A DNA stretch of 64,000 nt from Nymphaea colorata (lineage: Eukaryota), in NCBI RefSeq assembly GCF_008831285.2, contig NC_045138.2, positions 39,804,001 to 39,868,000 on the forward strand. The letters are read 5' to 3'. Below, piece by piece: positions 32,601-43,193 of the stretch. Each line of letters starts with the position of its first letter. The stretch's first letter is position 1. Below the pieces are notes generated by a model that ran no database searches, was not told where the DNA came from, and worked only from the letters and a program-made list of their open reading frames with translations. The translations under genes were made by a program, and so were the position numbers.

Positions 32601-35600
32601 AGTTCTTTGTTCTTTTTTCTCATGTCTTACAAAGTTTTCTGATGGCATAATTGGGAAGTGTATACTTTTTTTCATTAGATAGGGCAGACTAGGCAATGCA
32701 TTGTTAAGGGACTTGTTATTTCATTGATATTGGACCTGGTTCAGTTATGGATCTAATTTCTGTTGTTTGCAATTAAAGTGTTTGCATATGCATATTTGAA
32801 AATATCCAATATGTCTGAGGGTGTTCTTGTAAATGTTCCTATTACGGTGTCCCCCCTTTTTATTAATCCAAGTTCCACCACATCAAATCTATTGAGAAGT
32901 GTGGTTTCAATCTCCTTTCTCTTTTCAATCCTTACATAATACAACTTATAAACCTTATAAACCTTTTTCTTACGCCATTTCTTGTTTTCATTGGTTCTTT
33001 CATGATTTACCCCTATAGACTTGATAATATTTGGATGTAATTATTAGATCTCTAAAAGGCAGTGCAAGATATTTCATAAGCAGCAATTTTTTCATGATAC
33101 GATACTAGACATGAACAAGGACACATTACTACACTAGCATGTTGCAAAACTAGGAAACTGTAATACAGTGCCCTCTGTACATTGTGTTCCAATTATATTT
33201 CCTTTGTTAAAGTTTGATCTCTCCATTTTTTTTAAGGCAGATAAAATTTTCTATAGTGTCCCTTATCCACATTTGATGGAATAATGAATGTCATTACCAC
33301 TTCCATGAGCACTTCTTTTTACTTGCAAGAATTTCCTGATTGCAAAATTCTTCTGATGTTGCAGCCTGACGCATATGTTAATGCCCTTTTAGTGCCGAAG
33401 GATGGTGAGGTTACTGTTGATATTGATTGCTTGGCTACTCAAGGAATCTTCCATGTGGTAAATAATCCCTCTTTGTAGTTGTTTTTTCTAAATCTTGATT
33501 GGTATATCGATATGACTATGTGATTGCACCATGGTGCTACTGTACCGTATTACTGTGTTACTGTTTCAAAACTGCACAATGATGCCACTTTGATATAGCC
33601 ACCATACACGTCCTATATTCCTTTTTTTTGGGGATCAATGGTATTTTTTTCTGCTCAACAGCGTCCATATTCAATGTGAAAAGAAATTGTTTCCTACAAA
33701 AACAAAGGAACACTTGTCAAAAACAAGCAGGTCCTTCTTATTGGTTAGCATTTTCCATATGCATTCTTATGTTGCTTTTTGATAGGAAAAATCTGCCTAA
33801 ACTTTGGTTTTAAATTTTCCGAGAGGAATTCTCTGCATTATTACTGTTCAAGTGAACTTGGGTATCATGCCCCAAGATTGACGTTAACAGATTAGTTATT
33901 AATCTTTTTAGTGCTAGGACCTGGGACTTTGATATTCCCAATATGCTTAGATGTGCAGACCTAATGAAAAATATTATACTAAATCACTGGTCAGCATCTT
34001 ACTGCTGGTTTTTCATTCCTCGTGTTCCCTATTTAATTGATGCTTTCAAAATGAATGGTGTCTATTAGTTTAACTAGCAGGCTAGGCTTTTGTCTCTAAG
34101 CCTGGGTCTTCGTGGTTACTTGGCCCTGTCTTGATCACTTGCACTTATTATTGTGTAATGATCCACAAAACACTGGTGTGCATATCTATGAATGAAGAAG
34201 CTAAGTAATCGGTTGTTTGGGTGTCAAGTTATTTAAGTCTGCTTTCTGATAAACATATGAAAGGAGAAAACCAGCCATTATAAGAGAAGCATGGTCCTTG
34301 ATCTGACCGAGGTAGAACCCTGTTTTGAAAAACTAGTGGACTTGTGTCTCTTTTTCCATTCAGCATGAGGAGAAAGGGGATGGTTATTGGAGTAGGAGGA
34401 GAACGTGCATCTCTTTGTTTCATTGTGACCAGGAAATTTGAGAGGAAAATCTTTAATTTCTGGCCTGCTGGAGTCAACCTGAGTGTGCATTCATGTGAGT
34501 AGATGAATTGAAGGGGAAAAAGTGGAGATAAGTCTGAACAGATTCTGATAGATAAGGAAGGTGGCTGCTGGCCCTTGCAGGTGTTATCAAATTATCTCAA
34601 TTTAATTGTAAGTCATTACAAATAACGAAATCTATAAGTGGATGAAAATGCTACCTTAATGATCCAATTGGCCTAGTACCATATGTTTTCTTTTCTTTTT
34701 GCTTTATAGAATTTTACCTATATGCAATAGAATATTTATTTCTAGAAGGAATTGTACTTTCTGCCAGTTTATGATGCACACAGTCGTGGAGCCACATATG
34801 GGCAGGTGCTCACACTTAAGATATGAGAGTTTCTGAATGAGTGACCCAGGCCAATTTTTCTGGCTCCACCACTGGACTCATGCTTTCACACAGACTATAC
34901 ACCTTGAGTGATGGTGGTTATTTATTTATTTTACCATGTTCTTTATTTCCATGTTCTTTATTTCATATTATCTACCAAAATTAGTACATAAAGGAAGGAA
35001 GAAAATAAATGCTGCATCCCATTATTTTCGGGTGAGCGGGGAAGACCCACTGCTCGACAGAGAGCCGAACCTTCCACCCAATCCCTTGTCTCCCTAGGTT
35101 GCACCCCATTATTTGTTGCACATGGATATGATTATGATTATCATAGCCTTGTATTTAATTAATTTTCTAATTGTGCATGTTTTATCCTTTCCTTCTTTCT
35201 AGTGGTGTCATTTTTCTTTTATGCATACTCTGCTAACCTTCAATATTTAACTATCCTTGGTATTCATTGCCTATCTTCATAGGTCCATACAATCTAAATT
35301 CTAAGGCCACTTTATTGCTGAATCATTTCTTTTGGAAGTTTCAATATTCAGACCTTATATTCTGACTGTAGCTTAATATTGTCTATGGAATGGCAACGTT
35401 GTCTTTTCTTAGGAAAAAAAAAAAGAAAAAGAAACACGGCCTTATGCATCTCTCCTTAGAACTTCAGGCCTCTTGACAAAAGATCATTGGATTGTTTATA
35501 TGTTCAGTAGTGAACCTATGTGTGAAATTGTCGCTTGCTTAATTCTCTAACCTCTTTTTCTTGCCATCCTTAATAGATACATTAAAATCAAGGAAACCCA

Positions 35601-36306
35601 TATGCTATTTTCCTGCCTAATGATGTACTATTTTAACTCACCAACAAGTTTTCAGGTTTCCTGTTCTGATCTGCTTGATGGAACTGTTCTAGTGTAGCAA
35701 TTGCATGTACAGAAGTTATAATATTGTAGCAGTGTTTTCCTTGTCACATTTATTGACTACTATTCATGAAAAACGCACACGTTTATAAATACACATGCAA
35801 ACATGTTACTAGGAAGCATCTCTATTTGTGAGGTTCCAAGCGGAAAACCCATTCCTTTTTGGAATTAACCATATGGTTGTGGTTTTCATTGTACAGAAAG
35901 CTAGGGTTTGACTGCGAAAATCAGGTGTGTGCATTTAAATAGGATTTTTTTGGACGATTGATTTTAAAATGTTTATGAGATCCTATCATTACATTAAAAA
36001 TTAAAGAGCTTAAAATTTAAGATGAAGTCTTCTGTCTACACATGGTTTATTTCATGAAAACACGTGGTTATGGCTTATGAAATTTTGCTGATGAGGTTTG
36101 GAACCTACTGTGTGACAAAGCCTTCCCATATGCATAAACATAACCAAAAGACCCATTTTGAAGCCTTCCATTATATTCCATTGCAGGTGACAGTTGATTC
36201 TGTATTTGAAGATAAAGTAGGAAGGATTTTTGATCCAGCATCCTTGATCCATGCTCTTTCTGATCTAATACACGACTACAGAAGGACACATGATGATGTT
36301 ACATAG
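17860..36306 (+). CDS. CofD/YvcK(GlmR)/UPF0052-family protein (At2g34090/MEE18-like), 13 exons; exon 1 frameshifted by 1 nt as sequenced
   Basis: Exons 17860-17994, 19882-19998, 20133-20265, 21464-21560, 22199-22242, 25886-26042, 26208-26279, 29072-29155, 31079-31180, 32105-32152, 32389-32514, 33365-33457, 36187-36306 (TAG). Motifs: LLVFSGGTAFNG, VLPVSDDGGST, GGPAVGDIRSRC, SIGNFFFAGAR, DGTVIRGQNEISHP, IIYAMGSLFTSVCPSL, LNGSHDRET. Exons 2-13 are intact and in phase; the ATGs at 17860 and 17926 are out of frame with LLVFSG. Confidence 0.9.
23700..25475 (-). mobile_element. Truncated Ty1/Copia LTR retrotransposon (5' LTR, PBS, degenerate gag) antisense in intron 5 of the YvcK-like gene
   Basis: Minus strand: LTR end ...TCAACA (25016) directly followed by PBS TGGTATCAAAGC (25015-25004, tRNA-iMet type). 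gag starts near 24093: MKLDDTNYAMWS...WEEDNDTVMSWIMTSIQPHI, with a stop and a frameshift. The far LTR end is uncertain (TGTTGA at 25475, or near 25252). No pol or second LTR seen. Confidence 0.85.
25251..25330. repeat. (AT)n microsatellite, about 40 units
   Basis: 80-bp perfect AT run. Confidence 0.97.
27097..27398. mobile_element. hAT-type MITE in intron 7 of the YvcK-like gene
   Basis: Imperfect TIRs CAGCGTCATACAT / ATTTGTGACAATG; 8-bp TSD catccaag (27089-27096) / catccatg (27399-27406), 7/8 identical; repeated internal GAGAT/ATCTC motifs. Confidence 0.75.
27542..28225. mobile_element. Degenerate non-autonomous DNA transposon remnant
   Basis: Ends CTTTGTCAC / GTTACATAG (7/9 inverted) with subterminal inverted GGGTGTGGGT / ACCCACACCC; no TSD recognised. 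Confidence 0.45.
34781..34874. mobile_element. Short MITE, probable hAT-type
   Basis: TIRs CAGTCGTGGAGCCA / TGGCTCCACCACTG; the head CCACATATGGGCAGGTG is shared with 58907-59074. Confidence 0.65.
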
Positions 36307-37830
36307 AAGGCATTCAAGAGCCAAGAATAGAAGGAAACTGTGATCAAACTTATCTGGCTGAAAATAGTTTCTTGAGTACGACACTTTCACATCGGTAACG
36401 GTGTTTCATTCTTATTGTTGTTCCTCAGTGTTATCCACGTCGTCCTTGTCTGATTTATTCTGCCATTATCGTGCCATTCTTTCAGTCACTACAAAGGTTT
36501 GTCTGAAATTTTTTTCGATCGAGACATGATCGTTATAAGATGGACGCTGCTGGTGTGGCATTTCATGCATGCATGCGCACTTGGGCGTGCGCACCAGGGA
36601 TGACTATGTTGTACCATGTAAATGCCTAATCCATGTGAACCATCTGTTGGAAAAGGAACAATAAGCAGATACAATTCGGTCCAACTCCTCGCAAAGTTTA
36701 TGGAGTGGAAAGATCCTTAGTGAGCTTGTTAGAATATAAGTAAAACGTTTTTGCAATTTTATATTTAAGTTTCCTGTGCATCTCTGCGTGTTGGAGCTGT
36801 TGGATCTTGAGGGTATATGCATGGAAGAGAAGTATATAGTTTTTGATGACATGAAAAGACTTTTGTTTGTCAGACTATAAAAATATTATTATTTGTTAAA
36901 GATAACATGCTTATTAATTTGCTGATATTTATGTGCCCTTATAAAGCTAGAAATTAATGGTTCACAGCGCGTTATGATACATAATCCAGATGCCTTATTA
37001 ATTCATTTTTCAAATTTAAGAGGCAAACTCGTGAAACTCTATAATCGCAAACAAATTTTTAAGCGAGGAAAATTTAAAGCATTGTAGAATTTGATCAGTT
37101 GGCCATTCGCTCATTTAGAAAGAAGGGCAGCGTCATCATTTTTATAGATGTACCGTCCTTACGTCGACTTGATGATTCAGAGAACTTCCGATGCCAATCT
37201 GCTGGGAGAGCCTTCTCCATCTTTATTCAGAAAGTATGAAAGAATTAACAAACACAGTTACACAGACCTGAAAAATCATCCAGAGAATGATTCAGCGAAC
37301 TTGAGCAAGCAAAAGAACTTGAGCACTGAAAACGCGAGCCATCTATAATACTATACTCTCTGAATCGGGTGCATTCAACACGGAAGTGCACGCTCGATCT
37401 AGTCTAGAAAAAGCCAAGGCAAGAACCGAAATCAAAAGAGAAAGTCAAGACGACCTAACAGTGGGATCACATGGTAAAACGTTCATTCGGGAGAAGAAGA
37501 TTGGAGCTATTTTCTCTGAACCATTTACAGAAAGAGTTTCTTGGAACATTTTTACCACTCTCTTCCACGTTCTCGTACACGAAATCAATGTTCTTCTGCA
37601 CATTTTCGATTTAGCAGTTCAAGTGACAGATGAAGCAAATGCCAACGGAAGGAATGCAGAATGATTTGAAAAATTCAGTATAAACCAGAAATGACAGAAT
37701 TCAGGAGACAAGGAAAAAGCGAAACCAATAAGCACCTTATATGGACCAACGTTGACAAGACAGAAAGAATCCAACTACAATTGCTTGGAAGAAAACTAAA
37801 AATTGAAGCTTCAGACTGGGCACTACTTGA

Positions 37831-39326
37831 TCAAGATCTCTTCCCGCTATTAGGATTGGACTTGGTGCAAAGGACTTTCCGGCCTTTCGCACGTCTTCGT
37901 TTCAATACAGCCCTTCCAGTAGCTGTTCTCATTCGACGGCGAAAGCCATGGGTGCGAGCTAGTGATTTCCTCGATCTGGATCTCTTGGTTTGGCACAAAG
38001 CAGCTTTCCCAGCTCTAACCTGAAGAGTGCGACTCTTCTCCACAACTTTGTTGAAATTCAAATTAATTGTCAAGGACAGGCCTGCATACGAGGTAGAAAC
38101 AATTTTAGAGGCCATTCAAGATAACCTACCTTATTTTCATGCTCGGACACATCATTCATACGCGTGTGGAAAAGTAACGACATTCACGGCTAAGCTCTTA
38201 AACGGGGCTTATTTTCTGAGACAAAAAGAAAGAAAAAGAGAACATAGAACAGATGATACAATTTGAACAAAAGAAAGAATCCTGAAACATGAACTTTCTG
38301 GACTCTCCGAACATTAAGATAATTCGAAATGCACTCTCCTCTAGTCGAGAACCGTCTAGTTTTTTCTGCCACAGAAGAATAACTCATCGATGAATGAAGA
38401 AAACAGCAAATTTTTGTCCAGCTCTACTATGTATAGTTGCATTTCACATTCACATGCGTGCTAAATAGCTTAGACATGATAAGAAAGAGCTTAACTGCCA
38501 GGATATCTTATTCCAAGAATGTGATTGTGTCGGTAGTACATAACTAGCCTTTTCTCCACAAAATAAAATTCATACAGCTCTCCAAGCCGTAGGTTTGTAA
38601 TAGCCATCCAAAATCTCATGCTCTAGTTAAGACATATTCAATCAAAAGAGAGAAATGGAACTTCATTTTCTGTGGCACATTGGAACATGTTGGGTGGTGG
38701 AAAATCAAGTAAAAGCAACTGTGCAATTCAATGTTCATAAAAAAAAAAAAGAACCATGCTATAGGTGCAGATGCGACTGGCATTTGGTCTGAATCTTATT
38801 AAGATGATTACCAACAAAAGAAAGAAAAAACGAATACGATGGTAGCTGCCAAACTAACCGCGCTCAACATTTACAAACATTTGCACCATAGCATTGCATT
38901 GCCCAAAAAATCTTATATAGCCCCCATAAATCAGAAAGAGAAGGGGAAGACCAAAACCCACTGAAATTTCCGTCTTGAAAAACCCAAGGACCACCAAATT
39001 CGAAAAGATGAACGGGGTATTGCGGCAAGAGAGCTCTCAGTCCATCAATAAGTCAATGGGATCTTGAAAATAAGATGTGGAAGATAAAGGAGAAAGAGGA
39101 GAAAAGCAAAGAGGAGAATGGGCGTCTACTGGGTACCTGAGAATGAGGAGGACGATGACCGCAAGGAGAGAGACGTGGAGGGAACAAAGGAAGAGCCGAG
39201 CCCGGAGGAGGAGGAGGAGGTGGAGCAGGGCAGCGCTGCGGCCTTCGGAGGAGAGGCCGTCCTGGTGAGGAGAGGGAGAGAGGCCATTGCTGGTGGTGGG
39301 CGAGCGAGCGTCAAAGAGACCGCCAT
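37831..39326 (-). CDS. RPL34: Plastid 50S ribosomal protein L34 precursor, 2 exons
   Basis: Exon 1 39326-39137 (Ser/Ala/Pro-rich transit peptide, TCAG|gtacc); exon 2 38081-37831 (tgcag|GC), encoding VRAGKAALCQTKRSRSRKSLARTHGFRRRMRTATGRAVLKRRRAKGRKVLC, the bL34 signature. Confidence 0.95.
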
Positions 39327-40384
39327 TCTTCCTCCTCTTTGTCTACATGACCCTCGCGGGCTAATGGCCCGTTTTCTTTTGGTTGAGGATAAGGCCCCTC
39401 CCTCTCGCTCCCTACGTAAATGGATCGGATATAATGCATTACCGATTCGATTTTGAATCCATTTGGTCGAATTTGATAAAAGAAACTGAATCGGATTTGG
39501 TCCACTACGTAGTTTCATATTCGAATCCGAGTTTGGCAGATGAGATGTAAGATTCAGAGACCTGATAAAAGTTCAACAGGGGTTACATATAAATTTCAAT
39601 TCTTATGCTAGTGAGATCTCGATCAAATTTTAAAAAATAAAATCCGAATCTAAATCCATTTATGTAAGATCTGCTTAAGCTAAATTCGGTACGCGATCCA
39701 TGTGCTTATATAAAATTTAAGATTAAAGTCCTTGTCCTTTTAGACTCGTGTAGTTTGACTTACTAATCTGAATTTGACGATTCCTTTCCTATTCTTCTAG
39801 CTTTAAAAGTATTTCATATAGATTTTATGTTAATTTTTTCGAAAAATGCTTAAAGGACCAGAACATTTGTAGCTTCTGAACATAGAGATGAAACTAGTCA
39901 GCTAAATTACTAAGAGAAACTGTATAGAAGAACCCGTGAGCTCGAATTCTTTTGATTCAACCATTTTATGTTAACTTAGCCATATGTTTCATACTAACTA
40001 ATGAATTAATCACGAAACATATCCTTGGCACTCAAAAACTCCTTTCTGAAACTCCGGAATGATAAGAATAACCAAGTGAATGAATATCTAGGTTGCCCTT
40101 TTATAAACCAAAATGTAGAGAAAATGCATAAAATATTTGTTGGTGTAAGAAAAAGATGCTTAAATTTAAATTTCTTTCCTTTAACCGCCTAATCAAATTG
40201 CACATAGAAGAGGCGGCTGAAAGAAAGTAAAAATTTAAGCACATTTTTGTTAAACCACCACAGCTCGCACGTCTTTTTGTCAAAATTATTTTATGAATAT
40301 ATACTTTTTATCATTCTGTATATATGAAACTTTTTTTAAAAAAAATTGTAGAACACATCGGTGGATTGGGAGACTCGGGTGTTA

Positions 40385-40497
40385 AGGTATTTCACTTGTG
40401 ATGGTGGAATGTGCTTCAACCACCTAATGACATGCATACTATACTAAAGCATGGTGTCAGGTGGTTGAACTATTTCACCATCAAAGGTGAAATGCCC
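40385..40497. mobile_element. Tourist/PIF-Harbinger-type MITE, almost entirely a foldback
   Basis: TIRs AGGTATTTCAC / GTGAAATGCCC, flanked by TTA and TAA; arms of about 50 bp pair (TGATGGTG/CACCATCA, TTCAACCACCT/AGGTGGTTGAA). Confidence 0.75.
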
Positions 40498-40773
40498 TAA
40501 TAAATAACCTACTCCTGTACATTGGCCCTTGAAAATGAAAGAAAGAACCCACTTATCTCTGGTGCGCTTTGTAATAAGCGTTCTACAATATAAATATATA
40601 AATATTCAGATGACTTTTGTTTTGTTCTTCATAACTGTCATTTGAAACTTAGTAGGCAATATATACCTATACATTTGGGATCATTGAAAATTTTGTCGCT
40701 TGAAGTGTTTTTGAATCTCGACAACTCAGCTTAGAGAAGCAGTCATGAAAGGGGTTGTCTTACAGACAGCCAC

Positions 40774-41538
40774 TCACTCCATTAACAGAGATAGAAAACC
40801 AAAAGCCAACCTGACCCTTAACAAAAACTGACCAGGAACAGAATGAACAATGACTCCCCACAAAAACTGCTCCAGTCTGGATTCCTTCTCCGACCCTCTT
40901 GAACCTGCTTCAATCCAATCGATCTCTAATGTCATAATATGAATCAAGTCCCCATATTCTTTATGAAATGATAGAATTTTCTGTAGCACCCTCATTTCTG
41001 CTTCTTGGGAATAAGATCCCATTCTTCTCGTGCATGCAATATGCTTCTTCTCTCGCAGTCCATTGTAGCTAATTCCAGCTACATTAGTCACCTCATCAAC
41101 CCTCACCTTACTGATGTGAATGAAAATTTCTTTGGAATGATCCTGTCTCTTGCCTTGACAATGAAGCCCTGTCCTCAACCAGAGCTTGGCAGCATGCTGT
41201 TCTGCGGGAGAAATTTTCACACCTTAGAAGGTGTCACCTTGCAAGATCTCCATATTGTGATGGCAGCCAGAGTCTTCATGTCAATCAATCCGATATCAAT
41301 CATGAACACATCTGTTTCTGTGGCACCACAGCTTCCAGCACCTTATAAAGGAAGCTACTTTCCAACACTTGGACAACCAACCCTTACTTTTGACTCTCTG
41401 CATGCATTTCTGGAGCCACAGGTCCTTCCTCCAATTTTCAGTGCAGGCTCTCCCGCTACATCTTCTCCACCACGAGCCCTCCATGAATTCGTGCTCTTGA
41501 GCTGAGATGAATACACTGTGAGACATCCTGTCTACCAT
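40774..41538 (-). mobile_element. Degenerate LINE (L1-type) ORF2 3' fragment: post-zf-RVT Trp-rich region and RNase H-like region
   Basis: CWKLWCHRNRCVH fits the WxxWxxRNxxxF motif of plant L1 ORF2; downstream VAGISY and SQEAEMRVLQKIL resemble RNase H-like motifs; interrupted by stops and frameshifts. Confidence 0.6.
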
Positions 41539-41810
41539 TCAAACACGATCCTAGTATTCTCCACTCATCGTAAAATGTGTAATTCGACGACTCTTTTGGC
41601 ACTCAAAGTCTCTTTTCAAGGCAGACCAGATATTATATTGATCACTTGACAAATTAAAAGACCAACAACAACACAACATGTGATGAGCCGGTGGCCATAG
41701 GACGTGAACCAAGCGCGTCAAAAGGGTCTAGACCAAGTTTCACCCTGCATGGCATTCGGGCTTCACCTTTAAATTAATCACATTGAAAAAACAGTCGGAG
41801 GTAGCAGTTG

Positions 41811-41884
41811 GCTTTCATAGCTCAGTTGGTTAGAGCACCCGTTTAGTAAGCGGGAGGTCTTGAGTTCGAATCTCAATGAAAGCA
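41811..41884 (+). tRNA. trnT-AGT: tRNA-Thr, anticodon AGT
   Basis: Cloverleaf: acceptor GCTTTCA/TGAAAGC, D-arm GCTC/GAGC, anticodon stem CCCGT/GCGGG with loop TTAGTAA (AGT at 41845-41847), T-arm TTGAG-TTCGAAT-CTCAA; intact A and B boxes. Confidence 0.97.
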
Positions 41885-42208
41885 TTCCTCTGTTGCACTC
41901 TCCATCGGTTCGTCCACTCCTGCCGCTTTGGAGCGAAGAAGAAGAACTGGTGCATGACGAAGGGCCGTCATTTACCAACTTATGTAAATCTTTTTGCAAT
42001 GCACAAATAATTGTGCATCATCATGGCGGCTCTCTTCTTCATGGTGGCTTCTTTTGTTCTCGTCTATCGATCGCTTCCAAGGATGTAAAAGAATGTATCC
42101 ATTATGCTTATTTTTGTGTGCTCTTTCTTCTGTTTGTGCGAAGTTCCAGAAAATTTGGTTTCATGGCATTTCAACTATCGAAGTTTGCACCAATTACATC
42201 CCCAACCT

Positions 42209-42548
42209 TCAACAATTTTGATCTTCATCTTATTCAAATCATCCATCCTTCATTCTTAATTTGTTGATCTTGGGGTTTGTAATCAACAATTTTGATCTTC
42301 ATCTTATTCAAATCATCCATCCTTCATTCTTAATTTGTTGATCTTGGGGTTTGTAATCAACAATTTTGATCTTCATCTTATTCAAATCATCCATCCTTCA
42401 TTCTTAATTTGTTGATCTTGGGGTTTGTAATCAACAATTTTGATCTTCATCTTATTCAAATCATCCATCCTTCATTCTTAATTTGTTGATCTTGGGGGTT
42501 GTAATCAACAATTTTGATCTTCATCTTATTCAAATCATCCATCCTTCA
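42209..42548. repeat. 74-bp tandem repeat (minisatellite), about 4.6 copies
   Basis: Units start at 42209, 42283, 42357, 42431, 42505; identical apart from one T>G in unit 4. Confidence 0.97.
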
Positions 42549-42573
42549 ACCAAGATCTCTTTAAGATCCTTAA

Positions 42574-42751
42574 GGTTGTATTTATTGACCGTGTATCTGA
42601 GATCTGTGCTGATATGAGATTATAGGTACTTAGATCCATGGATTTAAGGTTGGACCCTTCCACCATACCTGACCTTAAATTCATGGTTTTTAAAACATGT
42701 AGCACACACCTTTTTTATGCAGCCTCGAATCTTAAGCTATCAAACGCAACC
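42574..42751. mobile_element. Tourist/PIF-Harbinger-type MITE
   Basis: TIRs GGTTGTATTT / AAACGCAACC (8/10), TAA TSD on both sides (42571-42573, 42752-42754), internal inverted repeat CCATGGATTTAAGGT / ACCTTAAATTCATGG. Confidence 0.75.
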
Positions 42752-43159
42752 TAAGTAAATGCGTTAGCTGCAGCCACTACAATTGTCATCGGTGCTATAC
42801 AACTACTCTCTCCTTCTGCTGACTACCAAGCAGCAACTAAGACATTGTGATTAGGGAACATGCAATAGCCTAATGAAAATGTTTGACAATAATAACAGCT
42901 TCTACGAATCTATCCTAAAAATTGAGACCGATTCATAAAAAAAGTTTGTTACTATTCTCATAATCAAGTGACACTAGTATGCACTTATGATAGGCTGATT
43001 TTCCCTATTAGAATAAATTTCCTACCAAGTGTTCCCTTCAACTTCTCAACACCAAATTTATGGCAGTTTCCCAGAATTAGTCCTCGAAGCAGCTTTGCAT
43101 AGAGTTTGTGTGGTAGTCAAATTTTTAATTGCTATTTTCTTTTTGGGTTTATATATATA

Positions 43160-43193
<34 letters not shown>

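Noticed and set aside
37140..37700. Short ORFs between the YvcK-like gene and RPL34
   Set aside because: No recognisable homology; more plausibly 3'UTR or intergenic sequence.
41005..41505. 166-aa plus-strand ORF
   Set aside because: Antisense shadow of the LINE remnant with no recognisable domain.
42209..42548. CRISPR-like array
   Set aside because: Units are contiguous and identical with no unique spacers, there are no cas genes, and the context is eukaryotic.
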